Notes under the pieces: model-generated
Database searches by the model: none
The model's input: the letters and a program-made list of their open reading frames with translations, nothing else
What the model was told of the DNA's origin: nothing
Position numbers and translations under genes: made by a program
DNA from: an uncultured delta proteobacterium
GTDB lineage: Bacteria; Desulfobacterota; Desulfobacteria; Desulfobacterales; SG8-13
Reading direction: 5' to 3'
Assembly (NCBI GenBank): GCA_963848135.1
Contig: CAWKCK010000017.1
Location: 962,538 to 1,026,537 of the forward strand
Length of the DNA stretch: 64,000 nt
Shown: positions 1 through 9,060 of the stretch, one piece after another
Layout: each line of letters opens with the position of its first letter
Numbering within the stretch: position 1 is the first letter of the stretch

Positions 1-69
1 GGTATTGAACAAAAATAACGCCGCCAGGGAAAAGCAGATAAAAATCAGGGCAGGAATCAGATTACGCAT
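1..69 (-). CDS. N-terminus of an exported protein running off the window; by position possibly MlaA/VacJ
   Basis: ATG at 69 reads MRNLIPALIFICFSLAALFLFNT (signal-peptide-like), directly downstream of mlaC. Identity rests on synteny only. Confidence 0.5.
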   Translation of the reverse strand, partial: MRNLIPALIFICFSLAALFLFNT

Positions 70-130
70 ACTTTAGGCAGTCCTTTGATATGAATCGGGA
101 AATGGGTTATTTGTGGAAGGGCAATCGTCG

Positions 131-757
131 TTACCCACTAATTTCTTTCTGTTGTTCCTGCTCCTTGATCTTCTGCTTGAGGCGATCGATGACCTGCTTT
201 GCTGATTCTTTTTCGAATAGATCCCGAAACTGGATTTGATAGTTTTGGACCAGGCTGACGCCTGCAACATAAACGTCGTAAATTTTCCACTGACCCTCCG
301 TTATACGCATGCTATAATCAACGTCTATATTCCCGTCCGAGGATGGAACTCTGGTTTTGACTTTGGCCCGTTTACGGGCCTGGTCGATATCCTGGTCGAG
401 ATATTCAACGGTCATCCCTTTGTCGTCTCCACTGATCCGGGTCAGATACGTGTTGCCGAGAAAATGGGCAAAGAGTTCCGTAAATTCCTGCCGCTGCTGG
501 GGAGTAAAGCTGTTCTCCCAATGGTAGCGGCCGGTTGCCCTTTTGGCTATCAGGTCGAAGTCAAACATGGGTTTTGTAATCGATCGGATTTTCTCGCGTT
601 GATCACCGCGCCGGGCAGGATCATCATACTGTGGATCATCGAGAATCTCAATCACCTGTTGTATAGGAGCTTTGAGCGCATCGACCGGCTGTCCGATTTC
701 AGCAACCGCTGAAAGTGCGGTCAATAGAATGATCGACAGGCAAATGGTACCTTTCAC
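131..757 (-). CDS. mlaC: MlaC/Ttg2D periplasmic phospholipid-binding protein
   Basis: Signal peptide; FDFDLIAKRATG and WKIYDVYVAGVSLVQNYQIQF motifs; operon with mlaDFE. Confidence 0.9.
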   Translation of the reverse strand: MKGTICLSIILLTALSAVAEIGQPVDALKAPIQQVIEILDDPQYDDPARRGDQREKIRSITKPMFDFDLIAKRATGRYHWENSFTPQQRQEFTELFAHFLGNTYLTRISGDDKGMTVEYLDQDIDQARKRAKVKTRVPSSDGNIDVDYSMRITEGQWKIYDVYVAGVSLVQNYQIQFRDLFEKESAKQVIDRLKQKIKEQEQQKEISG

Positions 758-836
758 ATAAAACTCCTTTGGTAAATTATATTCTTAATTTAAGGCGAAC
801 AAGGCAATCGGTTGACAGTTGATTTCAACCCACCGA

Positions 837-1283
837 CTACACCTGTCCGAAAACAAATTTGCTGATCAACTCCTCGATGTCTACCGCGGATTCGGTTTCT
901 GTTATCATCTCCCCCGGTTTCAAAGGAACATCTGACACCCCCGGAGATATCTTTATGTACTTGTCTCCGATAAGCCCTGTCGATTTGATCGAAGCAATCG
1001 CATCCTCTGTTAGCGTGACGTTCTTTTCAATCTTCATCTTGACCACGGCCATCCAGCGTTCCTGGTCCAGAGCAATTCCTTCCACCTGTCCGATGGGCAC
1101 CCCGGCAACCTCCACCTGCGACCCGGTTTTCAATCCCGCTATCGACTGAAATCGCGCGGAAATTGAATAGTAATTGTCACCGATGATTTCCATTTTCCCG
1201 AGACGTATGGTTAAATACCCTATACAGACAATGCCGATAAGCACGAAGATACCCACAGCAGTCTCCGTCGACAATTTTCTCAT
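837..1283 (-). CDS. mlaD: MlaD MCE-domain protein
   Basis: N-terminal TM; FQSIAGLKTGSQVEVAGVPIGQV and GLIGDKYIKISPG MCE motifs. Confidence 0.95.
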   Translation of the reverse strand: MRKLSTETAVGIFVLIGIVCIGYLTIRLGKMEIIGDNYYSISARFQSIAGLKTGSQVEVAGVPIGQVEGIALDQERWMAVVKMKIEKNVTLTEDAIASIKSTGLIGDKYIKISPGVSDVPLKPGEMITETESAVDIEELISKFVFGQV

Positions 1284-1298
1284 CTTGCCTCCCTTTCT

Positions 1299-2510
1299 TT
1301 AGCACACACGGAACTCGAACAGGCTTTCCTTCTTGGCTTCGGCACTGGCCAAAACCTGTTCGATATTGCTTCCCTTTTGGGCCTCGACAATACCGGCACT
1401 GACCGTAAAACAGGTGTTCGGTTGGGGCAGGATCTCCACGAGATCCTCGGCCTTGATCAACTTGGCTAGCTTGGCACAAAAAGCCCGTGCCTGCGCTTTG
1501 TTCGTATTGGCAAGCACCAGCAGTATTTTGTTCATACCGTAGCGTGAGCAGGTATCGGTGATACGAATATGGTGCTGCAACTGTAGGGCAAAATTTTTCA
1601 ACGCCAACTGGCTGGCTTTGTATCCAATCGATTCAATAACTTCATCGAGATCTTGAACGGTCAACAACACCAGTGAAAATGCTATTTGGTGGCTCTGCAG
1701 GCGCAACATCTCTTCTCGGAATTTTCTATCACCGGCTTGCTGTGATGCCAGCCCCGTGAGGTCGTCGCGACGACTTTCAAGACCAGTGATAAATTGCCGG
1801 ACCAGCGCGTCTTCCGTGTACTGAATCTCTTCGGCTGTACCTTCGAAAAGTATTTTGCCTTCCTCCAGCATGGCAATGCGTTGGGAAATGTAGAAGATAT
1901 TGGGGATGTCGTGACTGACGACAACACCCGTGAATCCGAATTTTTTCTGGTAATCCGAGATCATGCTGTAAACGACACCTTTGCGGATCGGATCCAAGCC
2001 GGTTGTGGGTTCGTCAAAAAGAACGATTTCTGGATCCGTCACTAATGCCCTGGCCAGCGCCACCCGTTTCTTCATACCACCTGAAAGGTGAGAAGGATAT
2101 TCATCGTCGATATTGTGCAGATCGAGTTTCGCCATTTTATCATGTACCCGATCACGAATTTCTTCCCGCGGCAGGGATGATTTTTCCGCCAGCGGCAACG
2201 CAATGTTCTCAAATATCGTCATCGAGTCGAAAAGGGCCGTACCCTGAAACATGTAACTGAACTTGCGTTTAATGTCCGCCCGTTCCTTTTTGGGGGCAGC
2301 GCCCAAAGGTGTACCGTTGAAAAGTATCTCCCCCGAATCCTGCCGGACAAGACCGATGATATGTTTTAACAGAACACTCTTACCGACACCGCTTTTACCG
2401 ATGATCGAGGTGATCAACCCCTTGTAGATACTGAGGTTGAGACCGTCAAGAACCCGGTGGTTGCCGAAACTTTTGGATACATTCTTAAATTCTATTAACG
2501 GCTGGTCCAT
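1299..2510 (-). CDS. mlaF: MlaF-type ABC ATPase fused to a C-terminal degenerate GGDEF domain
   Basis: Walker A GKSGVGKS, LSGGMKKRVALARAL, DEPTTGLDP; then DDLTGL...RITDTCSRYGMNKI...TVSAGI, a GGDEF-fold pattern. Confidence 0.9.
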   Translation of the reverse strand: MDQPLIEFKNVSKSFGNHRVLDGLNLSIYKGLITSIIGKSGVGKSVLLKHIIGLVRQDSGEILFNGTPLGAAPKKERADIKRKFSYMFQGTALFDSMTIFENIALPLAEKSSLPREEIRDRVHDKMAKLDLHNIDDEYPSHLSGGMKKRVALARALVTDPEIVLFDEPTTGLDPIRKGVVYSMISDYQKKFGFTGVVVSHDIPNIFYISQRIAMLEEGKILFEGTAEEIQYTEDALVRQFITGLESRRDDLTGLASQQAGDRKFREEMLRLQSHQIAFSLVLLTVQDLDEVIESIGYKASQLALKNFALQLQHHIRITDTCSRYGMNKILLVLANTNKAQARAFCAKLAKLIKAEDLVEILPQPNTCFTVSAGIVEAQKGSNIEQVLASAEAKKESLFEFRVC

Positions 2511-2516
2511 CAAACC

Positions 2517-3320
2517 TCACAGGAGGAAGGAAGTCAGAACATAATCTGTCACGAGAATCAAGACACAGGATTGAACCACCGCAGAGGTGGTTGATGAGCT
2601 GACACCTTTGGCGCCCTGTCCATTCGATCGACGGTGGGTGTTATATCCATAGTAGCAGCAGATGGTAATGACCACTACGGCAAAAACAATGGATTTGATA
2701 AATCCACCGGTAATATCCGTCATGAGGACGCTCGATTCAACCCGTGAGAAGTAGACCCCCGAGCTGAGTCCCAGCAGAACCGAGCCCGTCAGATACCCGC
2801 CAAAAATACCAATGACATCAAACAGGGCGGTTAAAATCGGAAAGCTGATCAGGGCAGCGGCAATCCTGGGACTGATCAGAAACTGTATCGGATTGATGTT
2901 CATGGTTTCCAGGGCATCGATCTGCTCTGAAATGCGCATGATCCCGATTTCTGCCGACATGGCCGATCCGGCCCGTGCGATGACCATAATGGCCGTTAGA
3001 ACCGGTCCCATTTCGCGAACCAGGGTTAGTGCAACCGCCGAGCCGAGTGAACCGGTAGAGCCGTATTTGACCAGTACGTAATATCCCTGCAGCCCCAGAA
3101 CCATGCCGGTGAATGCCCCGGTCAGACAGATGACGAATATCGACCGCGAACCGATAAAATTTATCTGTTGGAGAGTTTTCGGCACAATGGTGGGCAAGGT
3201 AAAGATCGAGGCGAATCCCTTGGCAAAGAAAATCATGATATAGCCCATCTCCCGCACCAGTGATATGGCAGATCGGCCAAGGGTGGTGATAGGCGAGGCA
3301 ACGGATTCTGATCGGTTCAT
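2517..3320 (-). CDS. mlaE: MlaE ABC permease
   Basis: LVREMGPVLTAIMVIARAGSAMSAEIGIMRISEQIDALETM signature; start set at ATG 3320. Confidence 0.95.
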   Translation of the reverse strand: MNRSESVASPITTLGRSAISLVREMGYIMIFFAKGFASIFTLPTIVPKTLQQINFIGSRSIFVICLTGAFTGMVLGLQGYYVLVKYGSTGSLGSAVALTLVREMGPVLTAIMVIARAGSAMSAEIGIMRISEQIDALETMNINPIQFLISPRIAAALISFPILTALFDVIGIFGGYLTGSVLLGLSSGVYFSRVESSVLMTDITGGFIKSIVFAVVVITICCYYGYNTHRRSNGQGAKGVSSSTTSAVVQSCVLILVTDYVLTSFLL

Positions 3321-3380
3321 GCAGGGTATCCCTATTTGACGATTCTCAATTGTCGTACTGGTGTTTAACACAAAGTATTA

Positions 3381-3410
3381 AATTTATCGCATCAGACTGA
3401 ATAATGTCAA
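3381..3410 (-). promoter_or_regulatory. Putative sigma70 promoter of the mla operon
   Basis: TTGACA-N18-TAAATT on the minus strand. Confidence 0.5.
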
Positions 3411-3507
3411 GAAACCATTGCATCCCTGAAATATGCTCAAAATATTATTAAGATCTTACATTCAACCCGTAGTTGACATTTCTGGTTAAGGCCATTCGAA
3501 GCAAAGC

Positions 3508-3536
3508 TTGAAGACGGGACCGGCACGCGCTAATAT
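3508..3536 (+). promoter_or_regulatory. Putative sigma70 promoter of the ABC-F gene
   Basis: TTGAAG-N17-TAATAT. Confidence 0.4.
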
Positions 3537-3569
3537 AAGAGGTTAGACAAAGACGGCATTTATATAATA

Positions 3570-5444
3570 ATGAGGGCCCCTGAAATGATCAGTATCGAAA
3601 ACTTATCTAAACGATTCGGAGATCATATCATTTTCGACACCGTCGGGTTCCAATTGAACCGTCGGGAACGTCTGGGGCTGGTCGGAAGGAACGGTCACGG
3701 TAAAACCACCCTGTTCAAAATGATCAGCGGCGAGGAACAACCAGATGAAGGCACCATAAATATTCCAAAGAACTACCGTATCGTTCATGTTCACCAAATG
3801 GTTGCCTTTACCGAGGAAACTGTTTTATCGGAGGCCGCGGTCGATTTACCGGAACACGAACGCGATCACCTGTGGAAAGCCGAGAAAATTCTCAGCGGTC
3901 TCGGTTTTTCAGACGAGGATATGCAACAACACCCTGGAATATTCTCAGGCGGATTCCAGGTCCGTCTCAATCTGGCCAAAGCCCTGGTGGCCGAACCCGA
4001 TCTGCTTCTGCTCGATGAACCGACCAACTATTTGGACATCACGTCCATAAGGTGGGTTAAAAGCTTTTTTCTGACCTGGCCGCGGGAGCTCATGCTCATC
4101 ACCCATGACCGCAGTTTCATGGACAGCATCGTGACCCATACCATGGGGATTCACCGTCAAAAATTGCGCAAAATAGCCGGTGGAACGGATAAGTATTATG
4201 CCCAGCTCGCCCAGGACGAGGAGATATACGAAAAAACCAGGCTGAACGACCAGCGCCGCCGCAAGGATATCGAGCAGTTCATCAATCGATTCCGCGCCAA
4301 AGCCAGATTGGCGAACCTTGTTCAATCACGAATCAAAACCCTTCAGAAAATGGAAAAACATGAAAAGCTCGAAAAGATCAAGACGCTAGATTTTTCGTTC
4401 AACAACGAGCCATTTCACGGGAAACATATGCTGAGCGCTGAGAACCTCGGCTTCTCGTACCACCCCCCAAAACCGTTGATTGATAATTTCAGTATGACCA
4501 TTACCGCCAATGACCGGATTTGTATCGTCGGTAAAAACGGTCGCGGTAAGACGACCCTTCTCAGGCTTCTGGGGGCAAGTCTTCGGCCAGGGGTCGGGAA
4601 CATTCGAAAGAACCCGAACCTATCCATGGGAACATTTGAACAGACCAATCTGAAAACACTCGTTGACACCCGTACGGTGGAGGAAGAAATCAATTGCGCC
4701 AATCCGGATATCAGCCGCCAGGCCGCTCGAAATATCTGCGGTGCAATGATGTTCGAAGGCGACAATGCGTTGAAAAAGGTGAGCGTGTTGTCCGGCGGCG
4801 AGAAGAGCCGGGTCATGCTTGGCAAGCTGCTGGTCACCCCGGTCAACCTCCTGCTACTGGACGAACCGACCAATCACCTGGATATGGAATCGTGCGACGC
4901 CCTGCTAGCCGCCCTGGATAATTTCGACGGGGCGGTTGTCATGGTCACGCACAACGAAATGTTTCTGCATCTTCTGGCACGCCGGTTGGTCGTGTTTCAA
5001 CCGGAAGGCATAGAGGTATTCGAAGGCAGCTACCAGCGTTTCCTTGAAAAAGATGGATGGCGGGAAAATGCCTTGCCCATAGCGACAGGATCCGCAGATA
5101 CGATGACCGCAGAAAAACCGGAGAAGGTCAACAGAAAAGAGCTGCGGCGCCAACGATCTGAATTGCTGGCGGAACGCGCCCGCATTCTGCGGCCCCTCGA
5201 GCAGGCCATATCTGCACTTGAAAATGAAATCGACACCAATGAAAAAAAACTCGATCGTCTCACCCAGGATATGCAAAAGGCGACCTCAGCCGGTAACGGG
5301 AATCAGATCGCCGAACTCTCCCAGGCCATTCATGCCTGCCAATCGGCAATAGACCGGCTATTTGACACGCTTGAAGCCCGCACAGAGGATTATGAAAACC
5401 ACAGGCGCGCCGCCGAAGAAAAATTGACAGACTTCGACACCTGA
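3570..5444 (+). CDS. ABC-F family ATPase (ribosome-associated)
   Basis: Two NBDs (GRNGHGKTT, GKNGRGKTT; LLLDEPTNYLD/LLLDEPTNHLD), inter-domain linker, C-terminal coiled coil, no TM segments. Confidence 0.92.
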   Translation: MRAPEMISIENLSKRFGDHIIFDTVGFQLNRRERLGLVGRNGHGKTTLFKMISGEEQPDEGTINIPKNYRIVHVHQMVAFTEETVLSEAAVDLPEHERDHLWKAEKILSGLGFSDEDMQQHPGIFSGGFQVRLNLAKALVAEPDLLLLDEPTNYLDITSIRWVKSFFLTWPRELMLITHDRSFMDSIVTHTMGIHRQKLRKIAGGTDKYYAQLAQDEEIYEKTRLNDQRRRKDIEQFINRFRAKARLANLVQSRIKTLQKMEKHEKLEKIKTLDFSFNNEPFHGKHMLSAENLGFSYHPPKPLIDNFSMTITANDRICIVGKNGRGKTTLLRLLGASLRPGVGNIRKNPNLSMGTFEQTNLKTLVDTRTVEEEINCANPDISRQAARNICGAMMFEGDNALKKVSVLSGGEKSRVMLGKLLVTPVNLLLLDEPTNHLDMESCDALLAALDNFDGAVVMVTHNEMFLHLLARRLVVFQPEGIEVFEGSYQRFLEKDGWRENALPIATGSADTMTAEKPEKVNRKELRRQRSELLAERARILRPLEQAISALENEIDTNEKKLDRLTQDMQKATSAGNGNQIAELSQAIHACQSAIDRLFDTLEARTEDYENHRRAAEEKLTDFDT

Positions 5445-5665
5445 TCAAATAATGCAATAACGGATCATGAACAGCTCCGATAGTGCCCCTGCTCAAATCA
5501 GCGTGGTTGCAAGGGTGCCTATTATATGATTTATATCGCTTTTTTAAAAAATTTTCTCAATATGGAAGTGGTGTCAGTGGTTGGTGAAAAAATGTTCGAA
5601 TAACGGCACGTTTTTTAGCGACCCCAATACAAGGCTGTCGCTGAGACAGACCCGGAAGGAAAATT

Positions 5666-6295
5666 ATGAAAGCCCAACGAATCCTCGTTGTTGAACAAAA
5701 CGGAAGTGGTGAGCAAAAGGTCAAGGGTCTTTTGACCCATGGCAGCGATTCATTTTTGGTTGAACGCTGGAGCATCGACACGCCGTTGGAACCGGTAATC
5801 GATGATGCCTCCGAATATCTACCAAAGAAAATCGACGCCGATCTCGTTCTCGATTTTTTGAAGCATCCGGACCTGACCCAGGATCTGGCGGAAATCTGCC
5901 GGCGTCAGGGAATCCCGGTTGTGGCTTCCGGGAAAAAACTGCGGCTGGAAGGGGTTTTGACACCGCCGACCTGATGTGGCCTTCCCCGGCAGGTGGGCCT
6001 GGGACAATACGGTGAACGATTCGGTGCACCGGAATTTTCGGTGCGATTGTCGGCCGGAAAGATTGCGAGCGTCGAGGTGGTTCGCGGCGCCCCATGCGGG
6101 GCGACATGGGAGGCCGCCCAGCGCATCATCGGCTTGCCGAAGGAGGAGGCGATCGTGCGAATCGGACTCGATGTCCAATATTACTGTACAGCCGACCCGG
6201 CCGGATGGGATCCGATTCACGGAAAGAGCCCCGTCCACTTTGCCGGTAAAGTCCACTCAGCCGCTTTAATGAGGGCCTTGTCAAAGCTTTCCTGA
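5666..6295 (+). CDS. DUF166-like protein, probable selenoprotein (Sec at codon 103)
   Basis: ORFs 5666-5974 and 5993-6295 share a frame and join through TGA 5972-5974 as TPPT-U-CGLPRQ; VVRGAPCGAT and YYCTA motifs; SECIS-like hairpin at 5983-6004. Confidence 0.8.
5983..6004 (+). promoter_or_regulatory. Candidate bacterial SECIS element
   Basis: Stem TCCC(C)GGC/GCC(T)GGGA with loop AGGTGG starting 16 nt after the UGA and a G in the second loop position. Confidence 0.6.
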
Positions 6296-6566
6296 ACCGA
6301 CCGAAGGGCACCCGAATCGGCGCATTGCCCGCATCACCGCATGGCTCGAATCTGTAACCCGTATATTTAAGATCTGACGACTTATTCATCTCCCCCCCCT
6401 CGGCGGCATGGTATCGGTTCACAAGGTTGCAGTGTCCGATGGGCTTAAAACCACAGAATTGTATCCGTTTAAACGGTGCCGTGGATGTGCAAGGCGTCGA
6501 GCGCGCAGACGTACTATTGGGCTTCAAGTGCCCACCAACAAAGTAGATGCGGCGCCCTGTGAAGGC

Positions 6567-7835
6567 TTACACGGCAGGACCCTTTCGCCGCGCAATAACG
6601 TAATACGTCAGCCCGGCAAACAGAATCGAGGGCAATGATCCCCCAAAGGCGGTCATCTTGACCGCCAGCCAGTAAAGGGCGAATCCGGCCGCCCAGGACA
6701 CCAGAGCAACGATATTGTAGCCTCCCGTGTACCAGTACCCCCCCCCGATGGTGTAAAGAGCATCGAGATCCAGTCTTCTCCGACGGATGAAAAAGTAATC
6801 CGTCAGCACGACCCCGAACAAAGGGACAAACATCGAGCCGATGAAAAGCAGAAAATTTTCATACTGCTCCATGGGAAAAACCAGGGCGACCAGGATAGAC
6901 AAGATCCCGGCAGCCCACATGACGGCCCCGGATCCGATCCGCTGCGAGATGTTCAGCATCGAGCATGTGGCTGAGTATACATCGGGGAAATCGGAGGTAA
7001 TGCTGGACAATACCACCATAATCAAGGCCGGCAGGGCCAGCCCGATACTGCCCATGAGCTGCAAAATCAGCAATCCCGGGTCGGCCTCACCAGTGACCAG
7101 CGTGGCTGCCAACCCCAGCAGGTACATCCACGAGGAAACAAGAAAATAGCCCCACCACGTATTCCAGAACGCCGGGGCGGTCTTCCTGGCAAATCTGGCG
7201 TAATCGGCCACCAGCGGCATCCATGAAATCGGCATGGCGATCACGATGTCCATACCGATCATAAAAGGCATTCCCTGGGAGGGCATCCTTAAAATGTCGC
7301 CGCCAAACTCCCTGAAAGATGCCCAGGTCATCAGAACGATAACAAGCAAGAGGGCAACAACGGCCGCGGTTTGTAAAAATTTCCAGATCGGCCGACCCGT
7401 ATGCAACGCCCATAGAAGTGTTCCAATCCCGATAATTACGATCCAGAAACGATCGAGGGCCAATAGGCCACCGACGGATTGGCCAAGCATGGCGCCGGCC
7501 CTGCCTCCGATAATGAGCATGATGGAGGCCCATCCAATGAGCTGGATGATGTTCAACACCGCCGCCAGGTTCGACCCGCGAATGCCAAAGGCCGGCCGCA
7601 CGGACACCATCGACATGATCCCGTGGTCCGACCCGATGATGCCACCCAGAGACATGAAGGTGTTTCCCAGGATGTGCCCCACGACAATCGCCCAGAACCC
7701 TGCCCAGAATCCCATCGGCGCCAGGAAACCGCCGGCCCAGATCTCGGCCAGAGATATGGCCACACCGGCCCACAATAGTAGGTAATCGAATCCGCCGAGG
7801 TTTCTATCGCTTTGAATTATCGGTTTGATGTTCAT
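6567..7835 (-). CDS. cytX: Hydroxymethylpyrimidine transporter CytX (NCS1 family)
   Basis: Polytopic membrane protein with LWAGVAISLAEI and AMPISWMPLVADYARF; upstream TPP riboswitch. Confidence 0.88.
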   Translation of the reverse strand: MNIKPIIQSDRNLGGFDYLLLWAGVAISLAEIWAGGFLAPMGFWAGFWAIVVGHILGNTFMSLGGIIGSDHGIMSMVSVRPAFGIRGSNLAAVLNIIQLIGWASIMLIIGGRAGAMLGQSVGGLLALDRFWIVIIGIGTLLWALHTGRPIWKFLQTAAVVALLLVIVLMTWASFREFGGDILRMPSQGMPFMIGMDIVIAMPISWMPLVADYARFARKTAPAFWNTWWGYFLVSSWMYLLGLAATLVTGEADPGLLILQLMGSIGLALPALIMVVLSSITSDFPDVYSATCSMLNISQRIGSGAVMWAAGILSILVALVFPMEQYENFLLFIGSMFVPLFGVVLTDYFFIRRRRLDLDALYTIGGGYWYTGGYNIVALVSWAAGFALYWLAVKMTAFGGSLPSILFAGLTYYVIARRKGPAV

Positions 7836-7885
7836 CGGATACCTGTGATTATTTTTTTAAGATCCCCGAGTTACCGGATGACCAA

Positions 7886-7916
7886 CAAAAAACCGACCAG
7901 ATGAAGGTCGGTCGGT
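7886..7916 (-). terminator. Intrinsic terminator (expression platform of the TPP riboswitch)
   Basis: Minus strand ACCGACC-(loop)-GGTCGGT followed by a T-run, between the aptamer and the cytX start. Confidence 0.75.
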
Positions 7917-7921
7917 GTTCT

Positions 7922-8025
7922 GCCAGTTCCCTCCACCGGCATTACCCGGATCAGGTTCAGCGGTCGGACCCACGTTTACGCGGCAGGGTCCCTCTCAGCC
8001 CAGTTCAACCGAGCTCCCGCAAAGC
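7922..8025 (-). ncRNA. TPP (THI-box) riboswitch
   Basis: Minus strand GGGAGC...GCTGAGA...GACCGCTGAACCTGATCCGGGTAATGCCGGTGGAGGGAA matches the TPP aptamer consensus. Confidence 0.96.
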
Positions 8026-8046
8026 TTTGATTATCGTCTCGCCTGA

Positions 8047-8075
8047 GGTTTAGGCCATGACTATTCTGCTGTCAA
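8047..8075 (-). promoter_or_regulatory. Putative sigma70 promoter of the riboswitch-cytX unit
   Basis: TTGACA-N17-TAAACC just upstream of the aptamer. Confidence 0.6.
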
Positions 8076-8127
8076 GTTCTTTCATGCCGCCGGGGCTCGC
8101 CGAGCGCATAAAGTTTATATCGGATTG

Positions 8128-9003
8128 TCATTTCTTGGGGAGGATTTCGATCGCCGCACGCTTCACGATCATTTCCGGGTCGTTCAGTCCAGCCTCGATC
8201 TCTTTGCGCAACGGTTTCAGATCGCGGGGGGGAAGAACAGCAAGCGCACGGAAGGCCAACTCCCGGATCCGCGGTTCGGCATCCGTCATGCACTTCCGGT
8301 AGACTTTCAGGTGGTCTCGAACGTCGCTGACCAAACCCAGAAGGACCAGGGCGTCAATACGAAGTTCATCAGTCTTTCGGGCAATAAACCGCAAGTAGAC
8401 CTTGGCTGTCTCGGTGCGCTTGGCACTAAACCGCCATAAGTTATATAGAATACTTCGCCTTTGCTCCAGTTCGGCGTTATCGAGTCGCTCGAGAAGCAAA
8501 CCGAAAATACGATCGTCTTGCAAGTTCACCAGGGCGTTGACAGCTGCCTGCTGCACCTGTGAATCCGGATCATACAACAGCTCGATCAGCGGAATTGCGG
8601 CCTGGACATTACCCTTCCACCCCAGGGCGAAGGCGGCATTGGCGCGCAAATCCGGATCCTCGTCTCTAAGATTCTGCACGAGCCGATCAATGAGCGCCTG
8701 GGGCTGCTTCAGGAAGGGCATGGTAACGCTGAGTTGAATCGATGCATCGTGACGCACCAATTCGTCTTCGGTTGGATCCGTCATCATTTCGTAGAGCGGC
8801 GAGGCAATTTCCTGTTTTGCAAACCCGCCCAGTAGCAGAACGATGCGTTGCTTCAGCTGTCGGTCTGCATGCCGAAGTGATTTAAGCAGGATCGGAACGG
8901 CAAGATCCCGTTCATTCAGAAAGAGCGCCAAGTCATCGATGTAAGAGCGGGATTGCTCCAACAGGCGTTTCTGCGGCTGGAAAGGTATAATCTTTTTTTT
9001 CAT
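8128..9003 (-). CDS. HEAT/PBS-lyase-type repeat protein
   Basis: Repeats such as LRDEDPDLRANAAFALG, LYDPDSQVQQAAVNAL and LNDPEMIVKRAA; start could instead be 9048. Confidence 0.8.
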   Translation of the reverse strand: MKKKIIPFQPQKRLLEQSRSYIDDLALFLNERDLAVPILLKSLRHADRQLKQRIVLLLGGFAKQEIASPLYEMMTDPTEDELVRHDASIQLSVTMPFLKQPQALIDRLVQNLRDEDPDLRANAAFALGWKGNVQAAIPLIELLYDPDSQVQQAAVNALVNLQDDRIFGLLLERLDNAELEQRRSILYNLWRFSAKRTETAKVYLRFIARKTDELRIDALVLLGLVSDVRDHLKVYRKCMTDAEPRIRELAFRALAVLPPRDLKPLRKEIEAGLNDPEMIVKRAAIEILPKK

Positions 9004-9060
9004 TGGTCGTTCGCCTAATACATCTTCCGGTTCACAGATACGCGCCATAATTGGGTCGTA

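Noticed and set aside
6126..6638. ORFs 6126-6527 (-) and 6408-6638 (+)
   Set aside because: They overlap better-supported genes and show no motifs or convincing SD.
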